Positions 30,349-42,099 of a stretch of 64,000 bases of DNA are shown one piece after another. The translations under genes and the position numbers were made by a program. Numbering within the stretch: position 1 is the stretch's first letter; each line of letters opens with the position of its first letter. The DNA is from Eledone cirrhosa. Lineage: Eukaryota. The notes under the pieces were generated by a model. That model saw nothing but the letters and a program-made list of their open reading frames with translations, had not been told where the DNA came from and did not search any database. The stretch is from assembly GCA_964016885.1 (NCBI GenBank), contig OZ024741.1, positions 2,480,001 to 2,544,000 of the forward strand, written 5' to 3'.

Positions 30349-30428
30349 CTTTCAACTAATTAGTTTCTGGAATGGAGTAAATATATTTTCCGAAGATCAT
30401 GTTGAAAAGCATTCCGTCGTCAGGAAAG
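30349..30428 (-). ncRNA. Type I hammerhead ribozyme with a 10-nt palindromic stem III
   Basis: Minus strand: CTTTC-CTGACGA-C-GGAATG...CATTCC-A-GAAA-CTAATTAG-TT-GAAAG. Confidence 0.78.
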
Positions 30429-30619
30429 ACTCTTTTCGTGTAAGTTTCCAGGCATAGCGAGGAGTCTGGAAACTTATTAAAAAAATAATTCAGTGGATAG
30501 GAAATAGCGAAGCGTGGACTGAAATCCTAGCCATTGAGAAAATCACTGCCTCTACGTCTGTGGCAAATTCAAAAAGAATCAATCACGTGACATCGAGGTC
30601 AATCAGTGGAAAGCGAGTA

Positions 30620-30680
<61 letters not shown>

Positions 30681-30864
30681 ATATGTAGGAGGTGAGTTTT
30701 ATTGTAGTACAATAAAGCAATGCAGATATCGGATAAGAAGCACTCTACAGTTTGTATGACTGGAGTATACATAATATATAAGATCAAAAGATTTTAAATC
30801 AACATATGTTGATTTAAAACTGCACTATCCACAAGTGTTTTTTAACCTTCATATCATGTCCTCC

Positions 30865-30935
30865 TATTTTATCTGATGAAAACACAAACGTTATTGCATG
30901 ATTATATTTGTTTTTGAAATGCGCATAATAAAATA
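30865..30935 (+). ncRNA. Type I hammerhead ribozyme (same family as 14640; element about 30803-30968)
   Basis: TATTTTAT-CTGATGA-...-GAAA-TGCGCA-TA-ATAAAATA. Confidence 0.8.
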
Positions 30936-30963
30936 CATGGAACTCATTTAACCATCTTTTGAT

Positions 30964-31033
<70 letters not shown>

Positions 31034-31073
31034 GTTTGCGAGGTTTTTGATATGAAATCGTGTGTCGAAACAA

Positions 31074-31196
31074 ATATTGTTATACTTGGGGAGGGTTCTT
31101 ATTTGTGTAATATTGCCAGAATTAATAACAGAAGTGAGTTCTGTTATTAATTCTGGCAACATTACACAAATATGACCCTCCCCAAGTATAACAATA
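31074..31196. repeat. Hairpin with about 58-bp arms within (TA)n
   Basis: TATTGTTATACTTGGG...AATAACAGAA gtgag TTCTGTTATT...CCCAAGTATAACAATA. Confidence 0.85.
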
Positions 31197-31226
31197 CATA
31201 TATATGTATATGTATATGTATATGTA

Positions 31227-31374
<148 letters not shown>

Positions 31375-31399
31375 AATATATGTATATATATATATATAA

Positions 31400-31446
<47 letters not shown>

Positions 31447-31450
31447 TATG

Positions 31451-31484
<34 letters not shown>

Positions 31485-31501
31485 GATATACATATATACA
31501 C

Positions 31502-31534
<33 letters not shown>

Positions 31535-31726
31535 AATATATAACATATATATATGTGTATATATATGAATATATAACATATATATGTATATATATATAAA
31601 TATATAATATATATAGATATGTATATATATACAAATATATATCATATATATATATCCAGAAATACCCGTCGAAACGGCTTGAGCTCTGCCGTCGAGGTAA
31701 TGAACATGTTATATATCTTGAACATG

Positions 31727-31796
<70 letters not shown>

Positions 31797-31875
31797 CATC
31801 TTTTTTTCTTTATACTTTCACTCGTGTAGGACACCTGGGTTATTTTTAATTTTGTAAAAAAAACCTCACTTTCTA

Positions 31876-31917
<42 letters not shown>

Positions 31918-32261
31918 GTACATTAGTTCTATCGTTACTTTGGTATGTTATTGTGAGTTAAATTTTGCCTACCACAATGTCAGATTTGTCAAGCTATTTA
32001 AACGTATGTTATTACTCTAAGGACCTAACTCATTGAGTGCTTTGCTAACTCATCACCTTATAAGTAGGCCGAATTTGCTTGCAAACCGCCAGAGATTCGA
32101 TTTTACTAAATATCCAATTATATATGTACGTGTATATATAAATATATAATATTTATATATATAAACATATATATACATATAAATATATAAACATATATCT
32201 ATATCTATATATCTATCTATCTAATATATATAAACTCATATCTATCTATCTGACTATCTAT

Positions 32262-32320
<59 letters not shown>

Positions 32321-32406
32321 TACATATAATATATATATAAGCACACACACATATTTATATTCATAATGTACAATATATGTAATATATAGGATACATTATG
32401 TATGTA

Positions 32407-32442
<36 letters not shown>

Positions 32443-33077
32443 AACCACAAACCCTCCATCTCCATTCTACTTTTGAAAAGCACAAGAACTGCGAAACCGG
32501 TAAAGGAAACAAATAAATATTCTTAAGAGGACTCCAGTTGTATTTTCTATTCCTTATATTTTCTTTTTGTCTTTTCGTTATATATTCTTTTATAAGAAGG
32601 TGACTCCTCTTACACTGGAGATCCGCCTGTTTATGAGGGGGGGAGCATCAACTGACACTGGGATAAACAGGCGAAACTCCAGTGTCAGAGGACTCGTTAG
32701 TTATCCTTATTAAAACACTACTAACTTATTGACTACTCTTTCCTTTCAGCCATCAACCATTAACGGATATATATATATGTATATATACAGTAATAATAAT
32801 AAATTTGAAGACTAAAATCCAAAGAGGGCTCGATAAGGATAAATATATATCAAATATAAAGGGCTTCTACAGGAGAAATCATGAGGAACCGTAGAGAAAA
32901 TATTTATTAAAATAACAGATTAAAGTTTAAGCAAAGAATCGCTGCTTTCACCCTTAACAGGATCTTCTGAAACTAACAAAGTCAATCTGTAAACGCAGAA
33001 GTGGATATTTCAAAAAACGTTGCAACCGGAGGAAGACAGGAAGACGATACTTTAGTTCGTGGAAATGTTCCCTATAA

Positions 33078-33132
<55 letters not shown>

Positions 33133-33308
33133 CGTGCGTGCGTCTGTGTGTGTATGTATTTTGATATATATGTACATATATATATATATATATACATAAA
33201 TATATATATATAGATATGCATAACTATATGTATATATACACACAAATACCTATCTCTATATATACATATATATATAGAAGGGCTTCTACAGGAGAAATCA
33301 CGAGGAAT

Positions 33309-33355
33309 CTTCCTGATGATTTCTTCCAAATGAAACAGATCTAGTCCTGTAGAAG
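33309..33355 (+). ncRNA. Type I hammerhead ribozyme (family of 16584-16684)
   Basis: CTTC-CTGATGA-tttcttccaaat-GAAA-CAG-atctagtc-CTG-TA-GAAG; downstream flank is homologous to 16685-16760. Confidence 0.7.
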
Positions 33356-33439
33356 CCTTTCTATATAACATATTTATACTCTGCTTTGTATTGAGTACCT
33401 TACTTACTGTGGTTTCCCCCGATTGAACACGGGATAAAG

Positions 33440-33575
<136 letters not shown>

Positions 33576-33978
33576 GTAGAACACTGGAAGGTAATATGCG
33601 TAGTGGTAGAGCACTCAGTCCATGGGACGAGTTAGCTTGTAATGGACATGGTTATAACCATGTCCATTACGAGCTGAAGATCCGCTAAGGTGAAAGCATT
33701 GTTCTCGATATCGTGAACTAACTGTTGTGTTTCCACTTATATATATATATAGAGAGAGAGAGAGCGAAGGAAATGTGATAAGGAACCAGATGGACCATAA
33801 CGCACCAAAGTACTCAATACTTAGGGTAGTAGAGTGGGTAATAGGAACGAGTAGGACCCCGACGGCTGAGCTCAAGCCGTTTCGACGGCTAATTCTGGAC
33901 TAAATGGTATTTTTATTAAATATGGATTTGAAAACCTAGGTTTTCAAATCCATATTTAATAAAAACACCACGTTTTTT

Positions 33979-34045
33979 TATTTATTCTGACGACTGAAAA
34001 CAGATATAAATATCTGCTTCCAAGAAACCACTGGTAAATGAAATA
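33979..34045 (+). ncRNA. Type I hammerhead ribozyme, preceded by a perfect palindrome at 33910-33965
   Basis: TATTTATT-CTGACGA-C-TG...CAGATAT aa ATATCTG...CA-A-GAAA-CCA c TGG-TA-AATGAAATA. Confidence 0.7.
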
Positions 34046-34065
34046 ATTATATATAGTTATATATA

Positions 34066-34125
<60 letters not shown>

Positions 34126-34130
<5 letters not shown>

Positions 34131-35587
34131 ATAAATGCTCTGAAATAGCGATATATATGTGAATATAGACATAGAATATTCGAAAATATTCTGTATGTTT
34201 ATAATAAACATTTTGAAGACCTAATCGCTATAGAATAGAATACGTCACGTATTACAATTAGATTCTCGATAAAAGCAAGGGAAGTAATCTACGCGTTTCA
34301 TTCTTATTAGAAATCTTCAGGACTACATATCCAGTGCTTTTATCGAGAATGACACAGCTAGAGACTTATAGAATACTTAGCTGTGTACATGAACTGGTTT
34401 GAAAGAGCGGTTGCCGGTCCGGCAGAAATTAGAAATTGGAATAAATGCTCTGAAATAGCGATATATATGTGAATATAGACATAGAATATTCGAAAATATT
34501 CTGTATGTTTATAATAAACATTTTGAAGACCTAATCGCTATAGAATAGAATACGTCACGTATTACAATTAGATTCTCGATAAAAGCAAGGGAAGTAATCT
34601 ACGCGTTTCATTCTTATTAGAAATCTTCAGGACTACATATCCAGTGCTTTTATCGAGAATGACACAGCTAGAGACTTATAGAATACTTAGCTGTGTACAT
34701 GAACTGGTTTGAAAGAGCGGTTGCCGGTCCGGCAGAAATTAGAAATTGGAATAAATGCTCTGAAATAGCGATATATATGTGAATATAGACATAGAATATT
34801 CGAAAATATTCTGTATGTTTATAATAAACATTTTGAAGACCTAATCGCTATAGAATAGAATACGTCACGTATTACAATTAGATTCTCGATAAAAGCAAGG
34901 GAAGTAATCTACGCGTTTCATTCTTATTAGAAATCTTCAGGACTACATATCCAGTGCTTTTATCGAGAATGACACAGCTAGAGACTTATAGAATACTTAG
35001 CTGTGTACATGAACTGGTTTGAAAGAGCGGTTGCCGGTCCGGCAGAAATTAGAAATTGGAATAAATGCTCTGAAATAGCGATATATATGTGAATATAGAC
35101 ATAGAATATTCGAAAATATTCTGTATGTTTATAATAAACATTTTGAAGACCTAATCGCTATAGAATAGAATACGTCACGTATTACAATTAGATTCTCGAT
35201 AAAAGCAAGGGAAGTAATCTACGCGTTTCATTCTTATTAGAAATCTTCAGGACTACATATCCAGTGCTTTTATCGAGAATGACACAGCTAGAGACTTATA
35301 GAATACTTAGCTGTGTACATGAACTGGTTTGAAAGAGCGGTTGCCGGTCCGGCAGAAATTAGAAATTGGAATAAATGCTCTGAAATAGCGATATATATGT
35401 GAATATAGACATAGAATATTCGAAAATATTCTGTATGTTTATAATAAACATTTTGAAGACCTAATCGCTATAGAATAGAATACGTCACGTATTACAATTA
35501 GATTCTCGATAAAAGCAAGGGAAGTAATCTACGCGTTTCATTCTTATTAGAAATCTTCAGGACTACATATCCAGTGCTTTTATCGAG
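34126..35587 (-). mobile_element. Retrozyme-like array 2, left part: about 4.7 copies of the 310-bp monomer; HHRs at 34284-34326, 34594-34636, 34904-34946, 35214-35256 and 35524-35566
   Basis: TTGGAATAAATGC at 34126, 34436, 34746, 35056 and 35366; reverse complement of the array 1 unit. Confidence 0.9.
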
Positions 35588-36622
35588 ACGAGAATCTAAT
35601 TGTAATACGTGACGTATTCTATTCTATAGCGATTAGGTCTTCAAAATGTTTATTATAAACATACAGAATATTTTCGAATATTCTATGTCTATATTCACAT
35701 ATATATCGCTATTTCAGAGCATTTATTCCAATTTCTAATTTCTGCCGGACCGGCAACCGCTCTTTCAAACCAGTTCATGTACACAGCTAAGTATTCTATA
35801 AGTCTCTAGCTGTGTCATTCTCGATAAAAGCACTGGATATGTAGTCCTGAAGATTTCTAATAAGAATGAAACGCGTAGATTACTTCCCTTGCTTTTATCG
35901 AGAATCTAATTGTAATACGTGACGTATTCTATTCTATAGCGATTAGGTCTTCAAAATGTTTATTATAAACATACAGAATATTTTCGAATATTCTATGTCT
36001 ATATTCACATATATATCGCTATTTCAGAGCATTTATTCCAATTTCTAATTTCTGCCGGACCGGCAACCGCTCTTTCAAACCAGTTCATGTACACAGCTAA
36101 GTATTCTATAAGTCTCTAGCTGTGTCATTCTCGATAAAAGCACTGGATATGTAGTCCTGAAGATTTCTAATAAGAATGAAACGCGTAGATTACTTCCCTT
36201 GCTTTTATCGAGAATCTAATTGTAATACGTGACGTATTCTATTCTATAGCGATTAGGTCTTCAAAATGTTTATTATAAACATACAGAATATTTTCGAATA
36301 TTCTATGTCTATATTCACATATATATCGCTATTTCAGAGCATTTATTCCAATTTCTAATTTCTGCCGGACCGGCAACCGCTCTTTCAAACCAGTTCATGT
36401 ACACAGCTAAGTATTCTATAAGTCTCTAGCTGTGTCATTCTCGATAAAAGCACTGGATATGTAGTCCTGAAGATTTCTAATAAGAATGAAACGCGTAGAT
36501 TACTTCCCTTGCTTTTATCGAGAATCTAATTGTAATACGTGACGTATTCTATTCTATAGCGATTAGGTCTTCAAAATGTTTATTATAAACATACAGAATA
36601 TTTTCGAATATTCTATGTCTAT
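35588..36622 (+). mobile_element. Retrozyme-like array 2, right part: about 3.3 copies; HHRs at 35841-35883, 36151-36193 and 36461-36503 (core CTGAAGA)
   Basis: Period 310; orientation switches at ...TTTTATCGAGA CGAGAATCTAATTG. Confidence 0.9.
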
Positions 36623-36732
36623 ATATATATATATATATATCAGGACTGGTGCTCTGAAATAGCGATGTATACATGACTGTATGTATAGTATATTTGACAA
36701 TATACCGTATGTTTAATTAAAAACATTTTGAA

Positions 36733-37841
36733 GTCCCAACATGTTGTTGTCGAAGGAGTAAAATCAAGCCCAGCCAAAGTCAGCAGTGGCGTCCCACAAG
36801 GCACTGTGTTGGACCCACTTCTTTTCATCATCTACATTAACGACATTACTGATATCATCAAGCACAGCAACATTAGTTTCTTCCCAGACGATTCCATGCT
36901 CCAGGTCATCAATGAAGTGGGTGACCTGACATCCTCCAGTCAGACATACTGGCTGTTATCTAATGGGCGGGAAAGAACAATTTGCTGTTGAATGAGGATT
37001 AGTTTGAGTTAATCCACTTTGGAAAAAAGGATACCCTGAAACTACCATACTCTCTTCCTTCAGGTGAAATTCTCGTGGCATCCAAGAACATCAGGGACCT
37101 GGGAGTAATTGTGGACAACAACATAAGCTGGGCCACTCATATAAATAGCAAAGTTGACATGGCCTGCAGAATGTGTTCCTGGATTCTCGGAACCTTCCAG
37201 TCGAGAGATATCCACACGGTTATCCTTCTCTTCTCCACTTTTGCCCGACCCCACCTTAAATACTGTTGTCCACTGTGGTCTCCCTACACGAAACAAAGTA
37301 TCACGAAAGTTGAAGCACCTCAAAGGTCAATTACAAAAAAGATAGGTGACATGACAGACCTTGACTTTTGGAGTCGATTAGAAAAGCTCAACCTTTATTC
37401 TCTCCAACGCCGCCGTGAGCACTACATTATCAGCATGATGTTTAAAATATTCCATCAGCTTAGCCCAAATGATGTTGGCATCACCTTTAGTGTACACCCA
37501 AGGCTTGGGCCCCGTGCTATCCACCCACGACAAAAATCTCACTCGCATCTCATAACAACAATACGGCACAGTTATGTCACCTGAATTGGCCCTGCACTCT
37601 TTAACATTACACCAAAACATATTAAAACAGAAACAGACCCCATCAAGTTCAAGAAGTCTTTGGACAAATTCCTTCAAGAAATCCCGGATATGCCTCTTAC
37701 ACCCGGATATGCCTCCGTAAACGATAACTCTCTGCTCGAGTGGGCCATGGTGCCCAAACACTAATTTGTAAGACTTCGCCAGGTGGTGCTATTAAGTTCG
37801 ACATGGCCTGGGCCAATACTGGCCAAATGTTATCAAAGTTA
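36733..37841 (+). mobile_element. 5'-truncated LINE family B (decayed RT C-terminal half)
   Basis: VSSGVPQGTVLDPLLFIIYIND, FPDDS, RDLGVIVD, YCCPLWSP; tail GTTATCAAAGTTA(TA)n. Confidence 0.92.
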
Positions 37842-37853
37842 TATATATGAATA

Positions 37854-37893
<40 letters not shown>

Positions 37894-38076
37894 AACCAGT
37901 AAGACCCCGACAGCTGAGCTCAAGCCGTTTCGAATTAGCCGTTTCGAATTAGCCGTCGAAACGGCTTGAGCTCAGCTGTCGGGGTCTTACTGGTTCCTAT
38001 TACCCACTCTACTACCTCAAGTATTGAGTACTTTGTTGCGTTATGGTCCACATGGTTCCTTACCACATTTCCTTCG

Positions 38077-38141
<65 letters not shown>

Positions 38142-38254
38142 TACATACATATATATGAATATATATACACACACATATATTTGAATATATATATATATAC
38201 ACATTTGAATATATATATATATCCACATATATATGAATATATATATACACACAC

Positions 38255-38285
<31 letters not shown>

Positions 38286-38688
38286 CACACACATATATAA
38301 ATATATATATATATACACACACATATCTATATAAATATATATACAAATATATATAAATATGTATACATATGACGTACATGGGAGTCGACTCCCATGTACG
38401 TCAATACTCATCTTTTTCCATTTATCTGAGGGTTCTAAACCCCATTATCAGACTTTAGTCGAAAAATACGGTGAAAGCTATTCTATTTTCTAATATAAAA
38501 ATATATGTATAAATATATATATACATATATATATATATAAATAAAGTCCTGCTATGTATTATCTTTCAATTCCTTTACTTTCTCTGCTGCTATTCTTCGT
38601 GTCTGTTTATACCACAAGTGTAAGAAGGAGGATTTATTTCCAACCCAAATTTTGTAGGCCTCCTTCATTGCTTAGATGGCATCTTTGA

Positions 38689-41635
38689 ATGATAGCCATT
38701 GCTAACACCCCAAATGTCACACCAGTGCTGCTGTTAAATGTTATAGGTCATGTGAAACTCACTAACATGAGTAAAATTATATACCTGCGCGACTTAATCA
38801 TAAGCAATCAGGCAATATGCATGGCACTAACCGAAACGCACTTGATAAGCAGTATAGCAGATGCGGAAATACATATACCGAAATATACTGTATTTCGTTC
38901 AGACAGGAAGGAGAGATCTCATGGTGGGGTTACCCTGTACATCTGTGAAGATGTCACACCCATTGTATTGTTGACACATTCAAACTCAGTCTGTGACACA
39001 CTGATAGTACATATGAACAGAAGGATGGAAGAAGACCTTGACAAACTGGACCAGGGTCTCAACATCCTGCTGCTGGTAGACTTTAACCTTCCAAAGGTCA
39101 AATGGCCTGAGGCCCACCTCCTCCCTGGAATGACATCACTAGAACAGAGATAGACGGAGACCCTGCTGGCCCTCACACACACAGGCTTTTCATGGAACAA
39201 GCAGTACTCCTCCCAACAAGAGGCGAGAATGTTGTGGATCTCTGTTTTACAAACAACACCGTGCTCATCCACAATGTAAAGGTAACACCAACGCTTTTCT
39301 CGGATCATAACTTAGTAGAACTAATGATATGTGGTCCGAGAGAATCAACAGAGACACAACCATCAAGAAGCACCGGGAACTTATCCAGCCTTAGCTTCTA
39401 CAAGGCAAACTGGAAAAAGATCAACGAAGAGATCCGGAAGCAATTATGGAGCGGCAACATCACCACACAAGACACCAATACACATTTTCAACACTTCAAT
39501 ACAACAATACAAACTATATTCCATAAGTTTGTCCCGGAGAAAAAAGCCAACGGACACAAAAATCTTATTCCCAGAGACAGGATAATCCTTATGAGACGAA
39601 GAACTAAGCTCTCAAATAAGTTGGATGCATAACAGAAAAACAAGAAGGAATCCTATCTGAAACAGACACTACTTGAAATTGGATCTGCACTCAAACTTCC
39701 CATGAGAAGGAGAGGGTAGAGAGAGAAGCTAGGGCCATAGAAAATATTAAAACAAACTCTAAGCCCTTCTTTAAATTTGCAAAATAAACTGCCTCAGTAC
39801 ACTGCAAGATTGGGCCACACTTTCAAAAATGGTTCATTAACCGAGGAATCCAAGGGATAAGTGAAATACTGAACGAACAATACAAAATTGTGTTCACACC
39901 CCATTGAGGCATATGCAAATAATGAAGCCAGAGGATTTCTTTGATGCCACAACACTCCATGAAGAAATGGGTACCATCAACCACATAGACATAACGGAGG
40001 AGGATTAGAACAAATTAGAAAAAACTCAGCTGCTGGACCTGATATATTCCCAGCAGCCCTCCTAAAAACATATAAGCGTGCCTTAGCAAGACTACTGAAG
40101 ATCCTCTTCAGAAGTTCTTTGGCGAACGGTAAACTACCCAGAGAACTAAAAGAAGGCACAATATGCCCTATCCATAAAGGAGGAAGTAGAGTGGAGGCCA
40201 AAAACTACAGTCCAGTCTCCCTGACGTCACATATCAGTAAGGTCATGGAACGAATCATCAGAAAGAAACTGATCACGTTCCTTAATGAAAATGACTGCCT
40301 AACTAGTAGGCAGCATGGCTTTCGCCCAGGAATAAGCTGCCTTACACAGCTGTTACAACACTATCACTGGGTACTGAAACAACTGCTGGACAGCTCACAT
40401 GTGGACATGATATATCTTGACTTTGCGAAGGTATTTGACAAGGTCGACCACAGAATGATATGTCACAAACTACACAGACTCCCATAACTGGAAAAGTAGG
40501 TGAGTGGCTGCATGATTTCTTAAAAGATAAAAGCCAGACAGTTGCAGCCAACGGAGCCCTCTCAAAGGAAACACCAATAACAAGTGGGGTGCCCCAGGGC
40601 ACAGTCTTGGAACCACTACTGTTTTTGGTGGCTCTCTCAGACATGCCCTCTATAGTATATACAACATCCCTCACTAGCTATGCTGATGACACTAAGGTAG
40701 CACAGGAAATCAAAAACCCAGCTGATGCTGCACTTTTATAACAAGATCTGGATACCATATACAAATGGGCTGAGGACAACAACATGCAGTTTAATGCTGG
40801 AAAATTTCAAGCCCTACAATACTAACCTGCTAACACAAATACAGTACAACACAGCTACACCCGACCAGGAGGATTCGAAATCCCCGTGTCGAAATCGATA
40901 CAAGACCTGGGAATAGACAAGAGTGATGATGCATCTTTTTCTTCACACATCATGAAAGTGGCGACAATGTGCAGACGACTCGCTGGCTGGATCTTGAGGA
41001 CTTTCCGGACAAGAGACCCAGAGACCATGTTGATACTATGGAGGACATTTGTCCTAATACGCCTGGACTACTGCTCCCAGTTGTGGTCACCCCATAGTGT
41101 CAAACTAACCACGGAGCTTGAGGCAATCCAACGAAACTACACCAAGGGTATTGCCACTATGAAGGAGATAAGCTACTGGGAGAGGCTAAAAGATCTGAAC
41201 CTCTACTCCTTGGAACGAAGACCGGAGAGATACGCAGTGATCTACATGTGGAAAATCCTGGAGGGACTAGCACCAAACTTTGGCATTGAGAGCTGGACCA
41301 ACCCCCGAACAGGACGTCACTGTTTGGTGCCAAAGGTCCCGTCTATTATATCTAGAATAAGGAGCAGATATTGCAATAGCCTGGGGTTCAAAGGCCCTCA
41401 ACTCTTCAACAAGATGCCGAGGGATCTGAGAGATTTGCATGGTGTGGACGTGGATTTTTTCAAGAAACATCTCGACACCCTGCTATCCAGGATCCCAGAT
41501 GAGTCCACAGCACGGTACGAAGGTAACCACAGGGCAGCAGCAACGAACTCATTTTTACACCAATGACCAGCCAATACAGGCTGGAGACAGAACGTGTAGC
41601 AACAAGGGCAGTGCCCCAGTATGGCTGAGGCCATT
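38689..41635 (+). mobile_element. LINE family A (CR1/L2 group), near-complete decayed ORF2: AP endonuclease plus RT
   Basis: ALTETHL, FRSDR..RSHGGV, DFNLP, PTRGENVVDL, SDHNLV; GPDIFP, QHGFRPG, YLDFAKVFDKVDH, GVPQGTVL, YADD, LDYCSQLWSP; several stops and frameshifts. Confidence 0.93.
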
Positions 41636-42099
41636 TCAAACTAATAATTTATATAGCTCTGATTAATGATTGTTTATTTAATTCATTCATAGAGCCACAT
41701 CGTTGAAGGTGGGCTACACTCATATATGTATCTATGATCATGTTTAAATATATATGTGTTTTCTCCTACTTATTGTATATATATATACAATAACGAAAAA
41801 CTCACACACATAATGTAGAGTATATAAAAGGGAAAGTGACTAATCAACAGGTTTACAAACGACATTGGTGTTGGTCTGAGAATGAAACCGACCTCCTCGT
41901 AAATGCATGGTTTTGTCTCCCCTAAACTGCAAATATAGACCCTTCATGTCTGAATTATATTGCCGAAAAAAAAAAAAAACACAGCCCAAAGGTAAATAAG
42001 CGGTCGGTGAAGTAAATAAGAAGGTCTCATTCAAATTAATTCAGAATCACTTTGAAAAACTTCGTCATATATTTTCTCCAAATTTTGGTCAAGCGAATC

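Noticed and set aside
33668-33716. Hammerhead at CTGAAGA-TCCGCTAAGGT-GAAA
   Set aside because: Core and stem II present, but stems I and III do not pair convincingly; kept only as a relative of the 6197 family
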